The notes below the pieces were generated by a model, which ran no database searches, was not told where the DNA came from, and saw only the letters and a program-made list of their open reading frames with translations. Below are positions 1-6,843 of a DNA stretch of 34,455 bases, piece after piece. The stretch is from a virus: UHGV virus genome UHGV-0210560. The stretch is one strand, 5' to 3'. Numbering within the stretch: position 1 is the stretch's first letter; every line of letters starts with the position of its first letter. The position numbers were made by a program, and so were the translations under genes.

Positions 1-126
1 CTGATTTTTTCCCCGCGTAAGCGGGGGGTGGCTCGATCAGAGCGCAAGCGCACGCGGTTGTGGATTGAAATAATAAAGTGGCGAAAGCTGCGAAGTAGAA
101 AGCTCTATCGAAAGATAGGGCTTTTT
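1..126 (+). ncRNA. 3' part of the small RNA: solitary type I-E-like repeat, type I-C-like 3' handle, ~28-nt spacer-like segment and terminator
   Basis: TTTTCCCCGC-GTAA-GCGGGGGGTGGCTC (7-34) resembles I-E repeats (CCCCGC-N4-GCGGGG stem); GTGGATTGAAAT (60-71) is the canonical I-C repeat 3' end; CTGAT (1-5) pairs with ATCAG (36-40). Confidence 0.65.
100..126 (+). terminator. Intrinsic terminator
   Basis: AAGCTCTATC-GAAA-GATAGGGCTT stem-loop ending in a T tract. Confidence 0.75.
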
Positions 127-207
127 GCTTATAATTTTGAGCACCGAGAAAAATCAAGGTGCTTTTTTGATGCCCAAAAGGGCAATTTTGAGCACGGAGG
201 TGATACG

Positions 208-414
208 GTGGATAATGAAGCCATCGTCCGGGAGCTTGCGGGGCTCCAAGCGGAACAACGCAGCATGCGAAATGATCTTAGAGAGATAAAAAACACTGTC
301 AAAGAGATGTCACAAAAACCCGCGCGACGTTGGGACAGCGCCGTAGACAAAGTTATATCTGTCATGCTTGGCGCGATAACGTTATATCTTATGGTAAAAT
401 TAGGCATTGCCTAA
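208..414 (+). CDS. Small coiled-coil protein with C-terminal transmembrane helix (XhlA-like lysis accessory)
   Basis: GGAGG RBS then GTG at 208; coiled coil plus hydrophobic C-terminus; lies directly before the holin. Confidence 0.6.
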   Translation: MDNEAIVRELAGLQAEQRSMRNDLREIKNTVKEMSQKPARRWDSAVDKVISVMLGAITLYLMVKLGIA

Positions 415-429
415 AAAGGAGGAATAAAA

Positions 430-720
430 ATGAACATTAACTGGAAAGTACGAATCAAAAACCCCGTGTGGTGGGCGGAAGTCGTGGCGGCTATTGTGCT
501 GCCCATGCTCGCAGCGGTCGGTCTCAGCTGGAACGACATTACCAGTTGGGAAGCATTGCTTGACGTGCTCAAAGCAGCCATCGGCAACCCCGTGACCGTG
601 GTCGCCGTACTCGTGTCGGTCTGGAACGCGGTCACCGACCCGACCACCAAGGGCATCAGCGACAGCCAGCGCGCTATGTGCTATTTTGCGCCCGCAAAGG
701 ACGTGGTCGAGGATGACTAA
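430..720 (+). CDS. Holin (phi LC3-like family)
   Basis: MNINWKVRIKNPVWW start, two transmembrane segments, DPTTKGISDS motif; AAGGAGG RBS. Confidence 0.9.
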   Translation: MNINWKVRIKNPVWWAEVVAAIVLPMLAAVGLSWNDITSWEALLDVLKAAIGNPVTVVAVLVSVWNAVTDPTTKGISDSQRAMCYFAPAKDVVEDD

Positions 721-1459
721 GCGCATCAAAATCGGGATAGACCCCGGACATGGCGGCGCATACACCGGCACATACTCCGTGAGCACCGTCAAGGACGGGC
801 TCTACGAAAAGGACTACGCCCTCGAGCTTGCGCTTATGGTGCGTGAGCACCTGCAGCGCTGCGGCTTTGATGTGTACATGACCCGCACCACCGACGTGCG
901 CCCTGGCGACGTGACCGCCCGTGCTCAGATGCTCAAGGATGAGCACTGCGACTATGGTGTGTCAATCCATTTTAACGGCAGCGGCAACGCTGCCGCTCAT
1001 GGGTGCGAGGTATTTGTGCCCTATGCAGAGACGCAGGCGGCGATAGAGGTCGGCTACTACCGCGAGCTTGGCAAGTACTTTAAGCCGAGAGTGCCTTTCG
1101 CCCGGAGTAACTCTGTCACCGACCGCAATAACACTTTTGATAAAAAAATTAATTTGAGCACGCGCCGTTTTGACGCGTGCTCAAGCCAAAAAGAGTATTT
1201 TGGTGTTATCCGTAACAGCTGGCCGGAGGTGTCCACCGACCTGCTGGAAGTGTGCTTTTTGACCAACCGCGGCGATTTTGAGACTTACCTTGAGCACCGC
1301 GCGGAAATTGCCGAGGGAATCGCGTGCTCAATCGTCGAGGGCTTCGGCGAAAAGTATATCCCCGCGAATTTTGAGCACGGCGACGACAAGCCTGCAAAAA
1401 AAATTGAGCACCGCAGCCCTTCTCAAGCATCTTGCAACAAAATCAACTATGTGAAATGA
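713..1459 (+). CDS. Endolysin, N-acetylmuramoyl-L-alanine amidase (Amidase_3)
   Basis: IGIDPGHGG, E of YEKD, SIHFN and LLEVCF zinc/catalytic motifs; follows the holin. Confidence 0.9.
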   Translation: MTKRIKIGIDPGHGGAYTGTYSVSTVKDGLYEKDYALELALMVREHLQRCGFDVYMTRTTDVRPGDVTARAQMLKDEHCDYGVSIHFNGSGNAAAHGCEVFVPYAETQAAIEVGYYRELGKYFKPRVPFARSNSVTDRNNTFDKKINLSTRRFDACSSQKEYFGVIRNSWPEVSTDLLEVCFLTNRGDFETYLEHRAEIAEGIACSIVEGFGEKYIPANFEHGDDKPAKKIEHRSPSQASCNKINYVK

Positions 1460-1507
1460 GCACGTATAAGTCGTCCGGCGCTACCGGCTTGCAGATAGGA
1501 GAGCGCA

Positions 1508-1753
1508 ATGACGGCAGAGTACATCAAAAACAAGAAAATCATAAAAAGTGTATGCTCAAAATCCAAGCTCCGCGAGTATATCGCGGATTGCAATTTTGAG
1601 CACGAGCACGATGCGGAAATTTTGAGCATGATATACTTGCAAAATAAGGATTGCGGGTATGTCGCTGACATCATGGGGCTGTCGTATGACCAGACCCTTG
1701 AGCGCCACCGCAAAGCGGCGAAACGGCTTGCCGCCTTGATAAATGCCCCATAA
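1508..1753 (+). CDS. Small sigma-region-4-like HTH protein
   Basis: EILSMIYLQNKDCGYVADIMGLSYDQTLERHRKA pattern; AGGAG RBS. Confidence 0.6.
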   Translation: MTAEYIKNKKIIKSVCSKSKLREYIADCNFEHEHDAEILSMIYLQNKDCGYVADIMGLSYDQTLERHRKAAKRLAALINAP

Positions 1754-1786
1754 ATACCCCATAATCACCCCATAAACTCCCCATAA
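1746..1786 (+). repeat. Four CCCCATAA direct repeats at exact 11-bp spacing
   Basis: Copies start at 1746, 1757, 1768 and 1779. Confidence 0.85.
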
Positions 1787-1789
1787 CTG

Positions 1790-1837
1790 AGCCCCCTCCC
1801 TATGGTAACATAAAATTATAGAGAGGGGGCTTTTTTT
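1790..1837 (+). terminator. Terminator-like hairpin with a large loop containing a possible extended -10
   Basis: AGCCCCCTC...GAGGGGGCT followed by a T run; loop contains TGgTAACAT. Confidence 0.5.
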
Positions 1838-1839
1838 AT

Positions 1840-2223
1840 ATGTTTGAGCACGGATATACAGGCTATCCGGCAGGATACCAAAATCCATATATGAGCAGAT
1901 ACAACTCAGTGGCTGCGCAGCAAGCGCCTAAGTATGAGATAATCCGAGTCAATGGCGAAAACGGCGCGCAAGCGCTGCAGATGTCGCCAAACAGCGAAAT
2001 CATTGTCCTTGACAACACTGCTCCCATGGTGTGGCTGTGTCAGACGGATGGCGCAGGCTATAAGACGGTGCGACCCTTTGACATCGCACCGCATAAAGCA
2101 GCTCCGCAGATAGATCTTGCGGATATAGATGCAAGACTTAAAAGACTGGAGGAGATTTACGATGACAAATCCGATGTCGCAGTACCTAAAAAGCACATCA
2201 AAGTCACCGATGCCGAGCAATAA
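1840..2223 (+). CDS. Hypothetical protein, accessory cassette gene 1
   Basis: Y/P/Q-rich N-terminus, VNGENGA...DGAG motifs, short C-terminal coiled coil. Confidence 0.7.
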   Translation: MFEHGYTGYPAGYQNPYMSRYNSVAAQQAPKYEIIRVNGENGAQALQMSPNSEIIVLDNTAPMVWLCQTDGAGYKTVRPFDIAPHKAAPQIDLADIDARLKRLEEIYDDKSDVAVPKKHIKVTDAEQ

Positions 2224-2386
2224 TCCGATGCGAATGTTTTCCGAATTTCGGAAATTTGCGCAAGGCATGACTCCGCAGGATGCAAAGGCGGAGGTCGAGC
2301 GGCTGCTGCAAAGCGGACAGATGACGCAGCAGCAGTTTGAGCAGCTAAAGCAGCAAGCCGAAAGTTTTATAAAATTTTTGAAGTAA
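2162..2386 (+). CDS. Hypothetical protein, cassette gene 2
   Basis: GGAGG RBS, ATG at 2162; LLQSGQMTQQQFEQL motif. Confidence 0.7.
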   Translation: MTNPMSQYLKSTSKSPMPSNNPMRMFSEFRKFAQGMTPQDAKAEVERLLQSGQMTQQQFEQLKQQAESFIKFLK

Positions 2387-2437
2387 GGCGGGTGCACACG
2401 CTTTATATAAAAAATCAAAAGAAAGGACAGTAATGAA

Positions 2438-3022
2438 ATGGATATGCCTTTTTCCCTTTCCGATGTCGCGGCAGTGACCCGCGACGGAAATGATGGTGCT
2501 TTCGGCGGAAATGGCGCATGGTGGATCATCATCCTCTTCCTCTTCGTTTTCATGGGCGGCGGCTTATGGGGCAACCGCCAAGGCGACTATGGACAGTATG
2601 CGACCGCCGCCACCCAGCAGGAAATCCTCTACGGACAGCAGTTTGGTCAGCTTAATGACAGGCTGAATAGCATTGGCAACGGCATCTGCGACAGCACTTT
2701 TGCTCTTAACAACTCTATTACGAGCGAGGGCAGAGCGCTGCAAAGCCAGCTCGCCGAATGCTGCTGCGAAAATCGCCTTGCGACCGCCAACCTCGGGGCG
2801 CAGAGCGAAAAGCAGACCTGTGACATCATCAACGCAATTCACGCCGACGGCGAAGCCACAAGACAGCTCATCCAGACCAACGAGATCCAGTCGCTGCGTG
2901 ACAAGGTGAGTGCCTTGGAGATGGATAACCGCATGTACGGCGTAGTCCGCTACCCGATGGGCTACACCTACAGTGCAGGTGCATCTCCCTTCTGCTCCGG
3001 CTGTTGCAACGGCAACATCTAA
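2438..3022 (+). CDS. Gly-rich membrane/coiled-coil protein with Cys clusters, cassette gene 3
   Basis: GGNGAWWIIILFLFVFMGGG transmembrane segment; ECCCENR; C-terminal CSGCC. Confidence 0.75.
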   Translation: MDMPFSLSDVAAVTRDGNDGAFGGNGAWWIIILFLFVFMGGGLWGNRQGDYGQYATAATQQEILYGQQFGQLNDRLNSIGNGICDSTFALNNSITSEGRALQSQLAECCCENRLATANLGAQSEKQTCDIINAIHADGEATRQLIQTNEIQSLRDKVSALEMDNRMYGVVRYPMGYTYSAGASPFCSGCCNGNI

Positions 3023-3050
3023 CTTTACGCCCTTTTGGCGAGGCTGACGA

Positions 3051-3077
3051 GGGCGGCAGAAATGCCGCCCTATTTTG
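3051..3077 (+). terminator. Intercistronic stem-loop
   Basis: GGGCGGCA-gaaa-TGCCGCCC followed by tatttt. Confidence 0.5.
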
Positions 3078-3097
3078 TAATTTATCAGGAGGCATTT

Positions 3098-3493
3098 ATG
3101 AGCAAATCTATAATTTACACTACTAATGTGACCGCAAGCGCCGTCGCGGTCGGAGACCTTATTCCTCTCGGTAGCACCAGTCGCAGATACGGATGTAATC
3201 TCCGTCAGGACGGTAACGGGATCACCGCTACCGGCGCTGGGTACTACCTTGTCACGATGTCGGCGACCGTAGCTCCTACCGCCGCCGGAGCAGTGACTAT
3301 CACCGGTCAAAAAGACGGCGTCGCCATCATCGGCGCGACCGCCACCTCCACCGCCGCGGCTGGCGCTACTACCGACCTTGCTTTTTCCGCCGTCGTGCGC
3401 AACATCGGCTGTGACAGCTCCATCCTGTCTTTCGTGCTTACCGGCGCGGCTGCGACAGTAAGCAATTTTGCCGTCAGTGTAGTCAAGCTTTGA
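3098..3493 (+). CDS. Ala/Thr-rich beta-sandwich-like protein, cassette gene 4
   Basis: AGGAGG RBS, ATG at 3098; GYYLVTMSAT-type beta strands. Confidence 0.7.
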   Translation: MSKSIIYTTNVTASAVAVGDLIPLGSTSRRYGCNLRQDGNGITATGAGYYLVTMSATVAPTAAGAVTITGQKDGVAIIGATATSTAAAGATTDLAFSAVVRNIGCDSSILSFVLTGAAATVSNFAVSVVKL

Positions 3494-3503
3494 GGGTACA
3501 CCC

Positions 3504-3977
3504 ATGAAAACGGTGAAAAGCTACAAAAAGCGCCTCGGTGAGAGTATCGAAAAGTGTATGACAGAGTGGTCGATATCCGAGCGTACTGCCGCCGCCATAG
3601 ACCAGATGGTACAGTGCTGGCTGCATACGGATGATATGTGCAAGCACCTCTCCACGGCATCTTTTACGGCTGCAGACGCGGAAGCATGGGCGACAGGGCT
3701 TGTCAACGACGACGGCTCTGCCGGGGCACACTGGGACATGGCGCAGACCACCGCGGCAGCGGAAAATATCGGCGTAAAATTTGAGCATATCACCCGCGAA
3801 GAGTGGTATGCGGCGATGAACTCTATGTACTCCGACTACAGCCGCGTGGCGGACAAGTACGGCATCGGCACGGCGGACTTTTATGCCGACCTTGCAAAGG
3901 CTTTTCTCTTTGACAAGGATGCGCCGCCGCCGAAGCAAAAGCTTGCGGCATACTACCACTGCATAGTGGAGAGATAA
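3504..3977 (+). CDS. Hypothetical helical protein, cassette gene 5
   Basis: GAHW, AMNSMYSDY and AKAFLFDKD motifs; followed by a terminator. Confidence 0.7.
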   Translation: MKTVKSYKKRLGESIEKCMTEWSISERTAAAIDQMVQCWLHTDDMCKHLSTASFTAADAEAWATGLVNDDGSAGAHWDMAQTTAAAENIGVKFEHITREEWYAAMNSMYSDYSRVADKYGIGTADFYADLAKAFLFDKDAPPPKQKLAAYYHCIVER

Positions 3978-4011
3978 AAAAGAGCCCGGAAAACTCCGGG
4001 CTCTTTGCTTT
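3977..4011. terminator. Bidirectional terminator between convergent units
   Basis: AAAGAGCCCGGA-aaac-TCCGGGCTCTTT with A and T flanks. Confidence 0.8.
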
Positions 4012-4237
4012 AGTAAAGCTCAACGCCGAGCTTTTCGGCGGCAGCATAAACGACATTTTCAAAGTCTTCCCTGTCCTGCGCCGTTAAAAGCTCTTTGCTG
4101 CTTACGGCTTTCCACTCAGCGCTCATGCCTGCCAGCTCGCAAAGCTCGCCCTGCAAGTCAGGGTCGTAAAAAGGATTTGAGCAAATTTCCGCAGCGATTT
4201 CGCGGGCTCTTTTATTTATTTCCATTGTTCTTTTCAT
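4010..4237 (-). CDS. Small acidic protein (75 aa), candidate anti-CRISPR/anti-defence
   Basis: AAGGAG RBS, ATG at 4237; own strong promoter; adjacent to the HTH gene; function inferred from context only. Confidence 0.6.
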   Translation of the reverse strand: MKRTMEINKRAREIAAEICSNPFYDPDLQGELCELAGMSAEWKAVSSKELLTAQDREDFENVVYAAAEKLGVELY

Positions 4238-4245
4238 GATGTTTT

Positions 4246-4345
4246 CTCCTTTTGTCAATTTTTTGTGGATTGAATTTTGTACCCTCTTTGGAGTACATCT
4301 ATACTATACGCCTTTATTATCGTAATGTCAAGGGGTTTTTGCAAA
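4246..4345 (-). promoter_or_regulatory. Promoter/operator/leader copy 1
   Basis: Minus strand TTGACA (4331-4326), 17 bp, TATAGT (4308-4303); TACG-N10-CGTA palindrome; near-identical to 5306-5405. Confidence 0.85.
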
Positions 4346-4393
4346 TATTTTTGGATTTTTTGAAAAAAATTGCGGAAAGGGCGTCGTTAAAAA

Positions 4394-4609
4394 CTATACC
4401 ATATACTTGGCGAGTTGGTCGATAGACAGATCCAGCGCGGCGGCAAAACGCGTGGCGTTGGCAAAAGTAATATTGCCGAGGTCGGATTCGCCCTTTTCGA
4501 TTTTTTGCACCTGTCTAATGTTGATACGGGATTTTTCGGCAAGCTGTGCCTGGGTTAAGCCGAGCGCTATGCGGCGCTCGGCGAGCGGGCTGGGATTAAC
4601 AGTTCTCAT
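4394..4609 (-). CDS. XRE-family HTH regulator (Aca-like, 71 aa)
   Basis: LAERRIALGLTQAQLAEKSRINIRQVQKIEKG; AAGGAGG RBS, ATG at 4609. Confidence 0.85.
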   Translation of the reverse strand: MRTVNPSPLAERRIALGLTQAQLAEKSRINIRQVQKIEKGESDLGNITFANATRFAAALDLSIDQLAKYMV

Positions 4610-4655
4610 TACTATAACCTCCTTTAAGGTAAGCCCCGCCGGAGCGGAGCTATAA

Positions 4656-5297
4656 TTATTGCCATTCGGCGACGCTGTCGATGGTGATGCATCCGCCGAT
4701 TTGAGCGACACCGTCCTCGGAGCGGGGGAAAAACTGCCCAAAGCGGGGGTCGTACTCCTGGCGGCAGCGCACGATGCTTCCATCTCTGTGTATAACAAAC
4801 GATTTTGCAGGGGCATACTTATTGTGACCGGGAACTTTGATTTTTGCGGGCTGCTGATAGAGCCAAAGCACAGCGGCAAGGAGATTGTCGGCAGAAACGC
4901 CAAGCTTGTCAACGGCGAAATTAAACTGCATGCTGGCTTTGATTTTGTCCTCGGCGGGAGCTTCGGGCTCCTTGGCTGCTTCGGGGGCTTCAGGGGCTTC
5001 GACATCTGCGAGGAGGCTCTTAACGAGAGTTTCGGCGGCGTCTTTGAGGTCATCGCGAGTGGAGCAAACCTCGCCGGTGGCGACATCAACATAAGTTTTT
5101 GCACCCTTAAGTCTGTAGCCCTCGGCGTTGCTGATAAGCTCGCCGTTAAAGTGTGCGCTGCTGATGTTACCGGTCTTGTAGTAAGAGCACTCGAGCCCAA
5201 GCAGGGTAGCGTTGATGTAGAGACGGTCGTGGTCGCCCTTAGTCCAGCGGTTAAATCCGTTCTTTTCAAGTTTTGTAATTTGGTTGTCAGTAAGCAT
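4656..5297 (-). CDS. Two-domain hypothetical protein (213 aa), candidate anti-CRISPR/anti-defence
   Basis: AAGGAG RBS, ATG at 5297; EAPEAPEAAKEPEAPAE linker; lies directly upstream of the HTH gene in the same orientation. Confidence 0.6.
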   Translation of the reverse strand: MLTDNQITKLEKNGFNRWTKGDHDRLYINATLLGLECSYYKTGNISSAHFNGELISNAEGYRLKGAKTYVDVATGEVCSTRDDLKDAAETLVKSLLADVEAPEAPEAAKEPEAPAEDKIKASMQFNFAVDKLGVSADNLLAAVLWLYQQPAKIKVPGHNKYAPAKSFVIHRDGSIVRCRQEYDPRFGQFFPRSEDGVAQIGGCITIDSVAEWQ

Positions 5298-5305
5298 TTT
5301 TAGGT

Positions 5306-5405
5306 CTCCTTTTGTCATTTTTTTGTGGATTGAATTTTGTACCCTCTCTTAAGTACATTTATATTATACGCCTTTATTGTCGTAATGTCAAGAGGCTTTT
5401 GCAAA
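5306..5405 (-). promoter_or_regulatory. Promoter/operator/leader copy 2
   Basis: Minus strand TTGACA (5391-5386), 17 bp, TATAAT (5368-5363); palindrome TACGCCTTTATTGTCGTA at 5367-5384. Confidence 0.9.
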
Positions 5406-5430
5406 AAATCTAAAAAAATTTTCAAGAAAA

Positions 5431-5671
5431 ATAACACACTTTATAACACACTTTTATTGCGTGCATATGAAAAAATATTTTTCCTGAGTGGATTCTTTCC
5501 CATACAAACGGCTTTGTAAAGCCATTTGTGGAGTTATGCCGTTGGAGAAAATAGTAAATTTATTTTAGAACGTGGGTTCGAGTCCCTCCTTCTCCGCCAA
5601 AAGAAAATCGCTTGTTTAAGCCAAAAACAAGCGATTTTTATTTTTGAAATAACACACTTTATAACACACTT
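5431..5671 (+). mobile_element. attP: attP: tRNA 3'-end core flanked by arm-type direct repeats
   Basis: GGGTTCGAGTCCCTCCTTCTCCGCCA (5574-5599) matches a T-arm, acceptor strand and CCA, most like tRNA-Ser; ATAACACACTTTATAACACACTT at 5431-5453 and 5649-5671; hairpin at 5604-5638; abuts the integrase stop. Confidence 0.85.
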
Positions 5672-6743
5672 ATGGATTTATGATGTTTTTGAACGCATCG
5701 CCGATGATTTCGGCGGTGCGTTTTTCTTCGCCCGAGATGGCGTGGGCGTAAGTTTTATAGGTGTCCATGTCTTCGGAGTGCCCGACAAAAGGTTTTATGA
5801 CGCCTTCCGGCAAAATTTTTACGACGGAAACGAAAGTGTGGCGCAGCTCATAAGGTGTGACAACAGGAATACCGTTTTGTTTACAGTATCGGGCAAGCTT
5901 CTTTTTGTAATCGTCGCCGGAGGAAATTCCGAAAATAAATTCGTTTGTTGCCTCCGCCGAAAGCTGCTCTTCGAGGACGGCTTTTGCGATGTCGGATAAT
6001 GGCACGGCGCGCCGTGCGTTTTTGTTTTTGCCTTCGGTGATGTCTCCGTAGGCGTTGACAGCGCGGTGGATGCTCAAAACGCCGCCCTTATAATCGCAGG
6101 GCTTTAGCCCCATAAGCTCGCCAGGGCGAAGTCCGGTTAAGACCTGAAAGCGATATGCATTTATATATTTATCTTTTACAATTTTTCCTTGGAGCAAAGT
6201 TGTTTCGACTTGGAATAATTTTTGCAGGTCTTCAGGCTGAAGAATTGATTTTTCAGATTTTTTTGCAGCCGAAGGAATTACTAAGTCTTCCGGAACATAA
6301 GACGATAATTTTTGTTTGCGGCAATACTTTACAAAGCCTGTCAAATCTCCCCGAAGATTCATAAGAGTTTTTTTTGACAGCTTTTTGCGCTTAAAAGCCG
6401 TATCTATAACGCTTTGCAAGTCGGCATCGCAAAGCGAAGATACCGACCGAGCGCCTATAAGCGGAAAAACATAATTTCTGTATCGTCCCTCTACCGGACG
6501 ATAGTTACTGTACGATGTTGTAGCTTTGACTTTTTCGAGGTACTCCTCATACGCATCGCACACTTTGATCTTCTGATTTTCCACGCCCTCATCGAGCCAG
6601 AGGTCGGCCTTGCGATTTGCTTCCCGCTGCCCGGTGCGACCGGGCGTACCGGAGTAAAAGCTTTTACGTACGCCGTCTTTTTGCACATTGATTTGCCACC
6701 GCTGCTGTTTTTCCATCCATTTTGCAGTATTTGTTCGTTTCAT
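5670..6743 (-). CDS. int: Tyrosine integrase
   Basis: TGLRPGEL, K of EGKNK, YELRHTF, GHS and YAH catalytic motifs; AAGGAG RBS, ATG at 6743. Confidence 0.95.
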   Translation of the reverse strand: MKRTNTAKWMEKQQRWQINVQKDGVRKSFYSGTPGRTGQREANRKADLWLDEGVENQKIKVCDAYEEYLEKVKATTSYSNYRPVEGRYRNYVFPLIGARSVSSLCDADLQSVIDTAFKRKKLSKKTLMNLRGDLTGFVKYCRKQKLSSYVPEDLVIPSAAKKSEKSILQPEDLQKLFQVETTLLQGKIVKDKYINAYRFQVLTGLRPGELMGLKPCDYKGGVLSIHRAVNAYGDITEGKNKNARRAVPLSDIAKAVLEEQLSAEATNEFIFGISSGDDYKKKLARYCKQNGIPVVTPYELRHTFVSVVKILPEGVIKPFVGHSEDMDTYKTYAHAISGEEKRTAEIIGDAFKNIINP

Positions 6744-6843
6744 GCTTGTAATCTCCTTTAATTTTTTATATAATAAAAATATAGGGGCGAGTTTTAATCT
6801 CCCTCGCCCCTGCCCTCGGAGCTTTTCCCTCCGGGGGCTTTTT

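Larger units (their letters stand above)
133..1851. repeat. Dispersed cluster of (AATTT)TGAGCAC motifs in both orientations
   Basis: 16 exact TGAGCAC/GTGCTCA copies counted by eye (about 138, 189, 565, 780, 844, 921, 940, 1155, 1177, 1291, 1324, 1372, 1405, 1457, 1597, 1845). Confidence 0.85.

Noticed and set aside
72..99. Spacer-like segment guiding Cascade to the duplicated promoters (shared AATAAAG)
   Set aside because: Only 7 contiguous nt match and there is no TTC PAM; not distinguishable from chance
1..126. Conventional CRISPR array
   Set aside because: Only one copy of each repeat type, no repeat-spacer periodicity and no cas genes
28..207. N-terminal extension of the 128-aa ORF
   Set aside because: It runs through the small RNA and terminator with no RBS; the likely start is GTG 208 after GGAGG
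4610..5269. 291-aa ORF 4394-5269 as one protein
   Set aside because: It overlaps the 213-aa gene in another frame; the HTH part has its own RBS and ATG at 4609
5571..5599. Complete tRNA gene
   Set aside because: Only the T-arm and acceptor 3' strand are present; it is an att core
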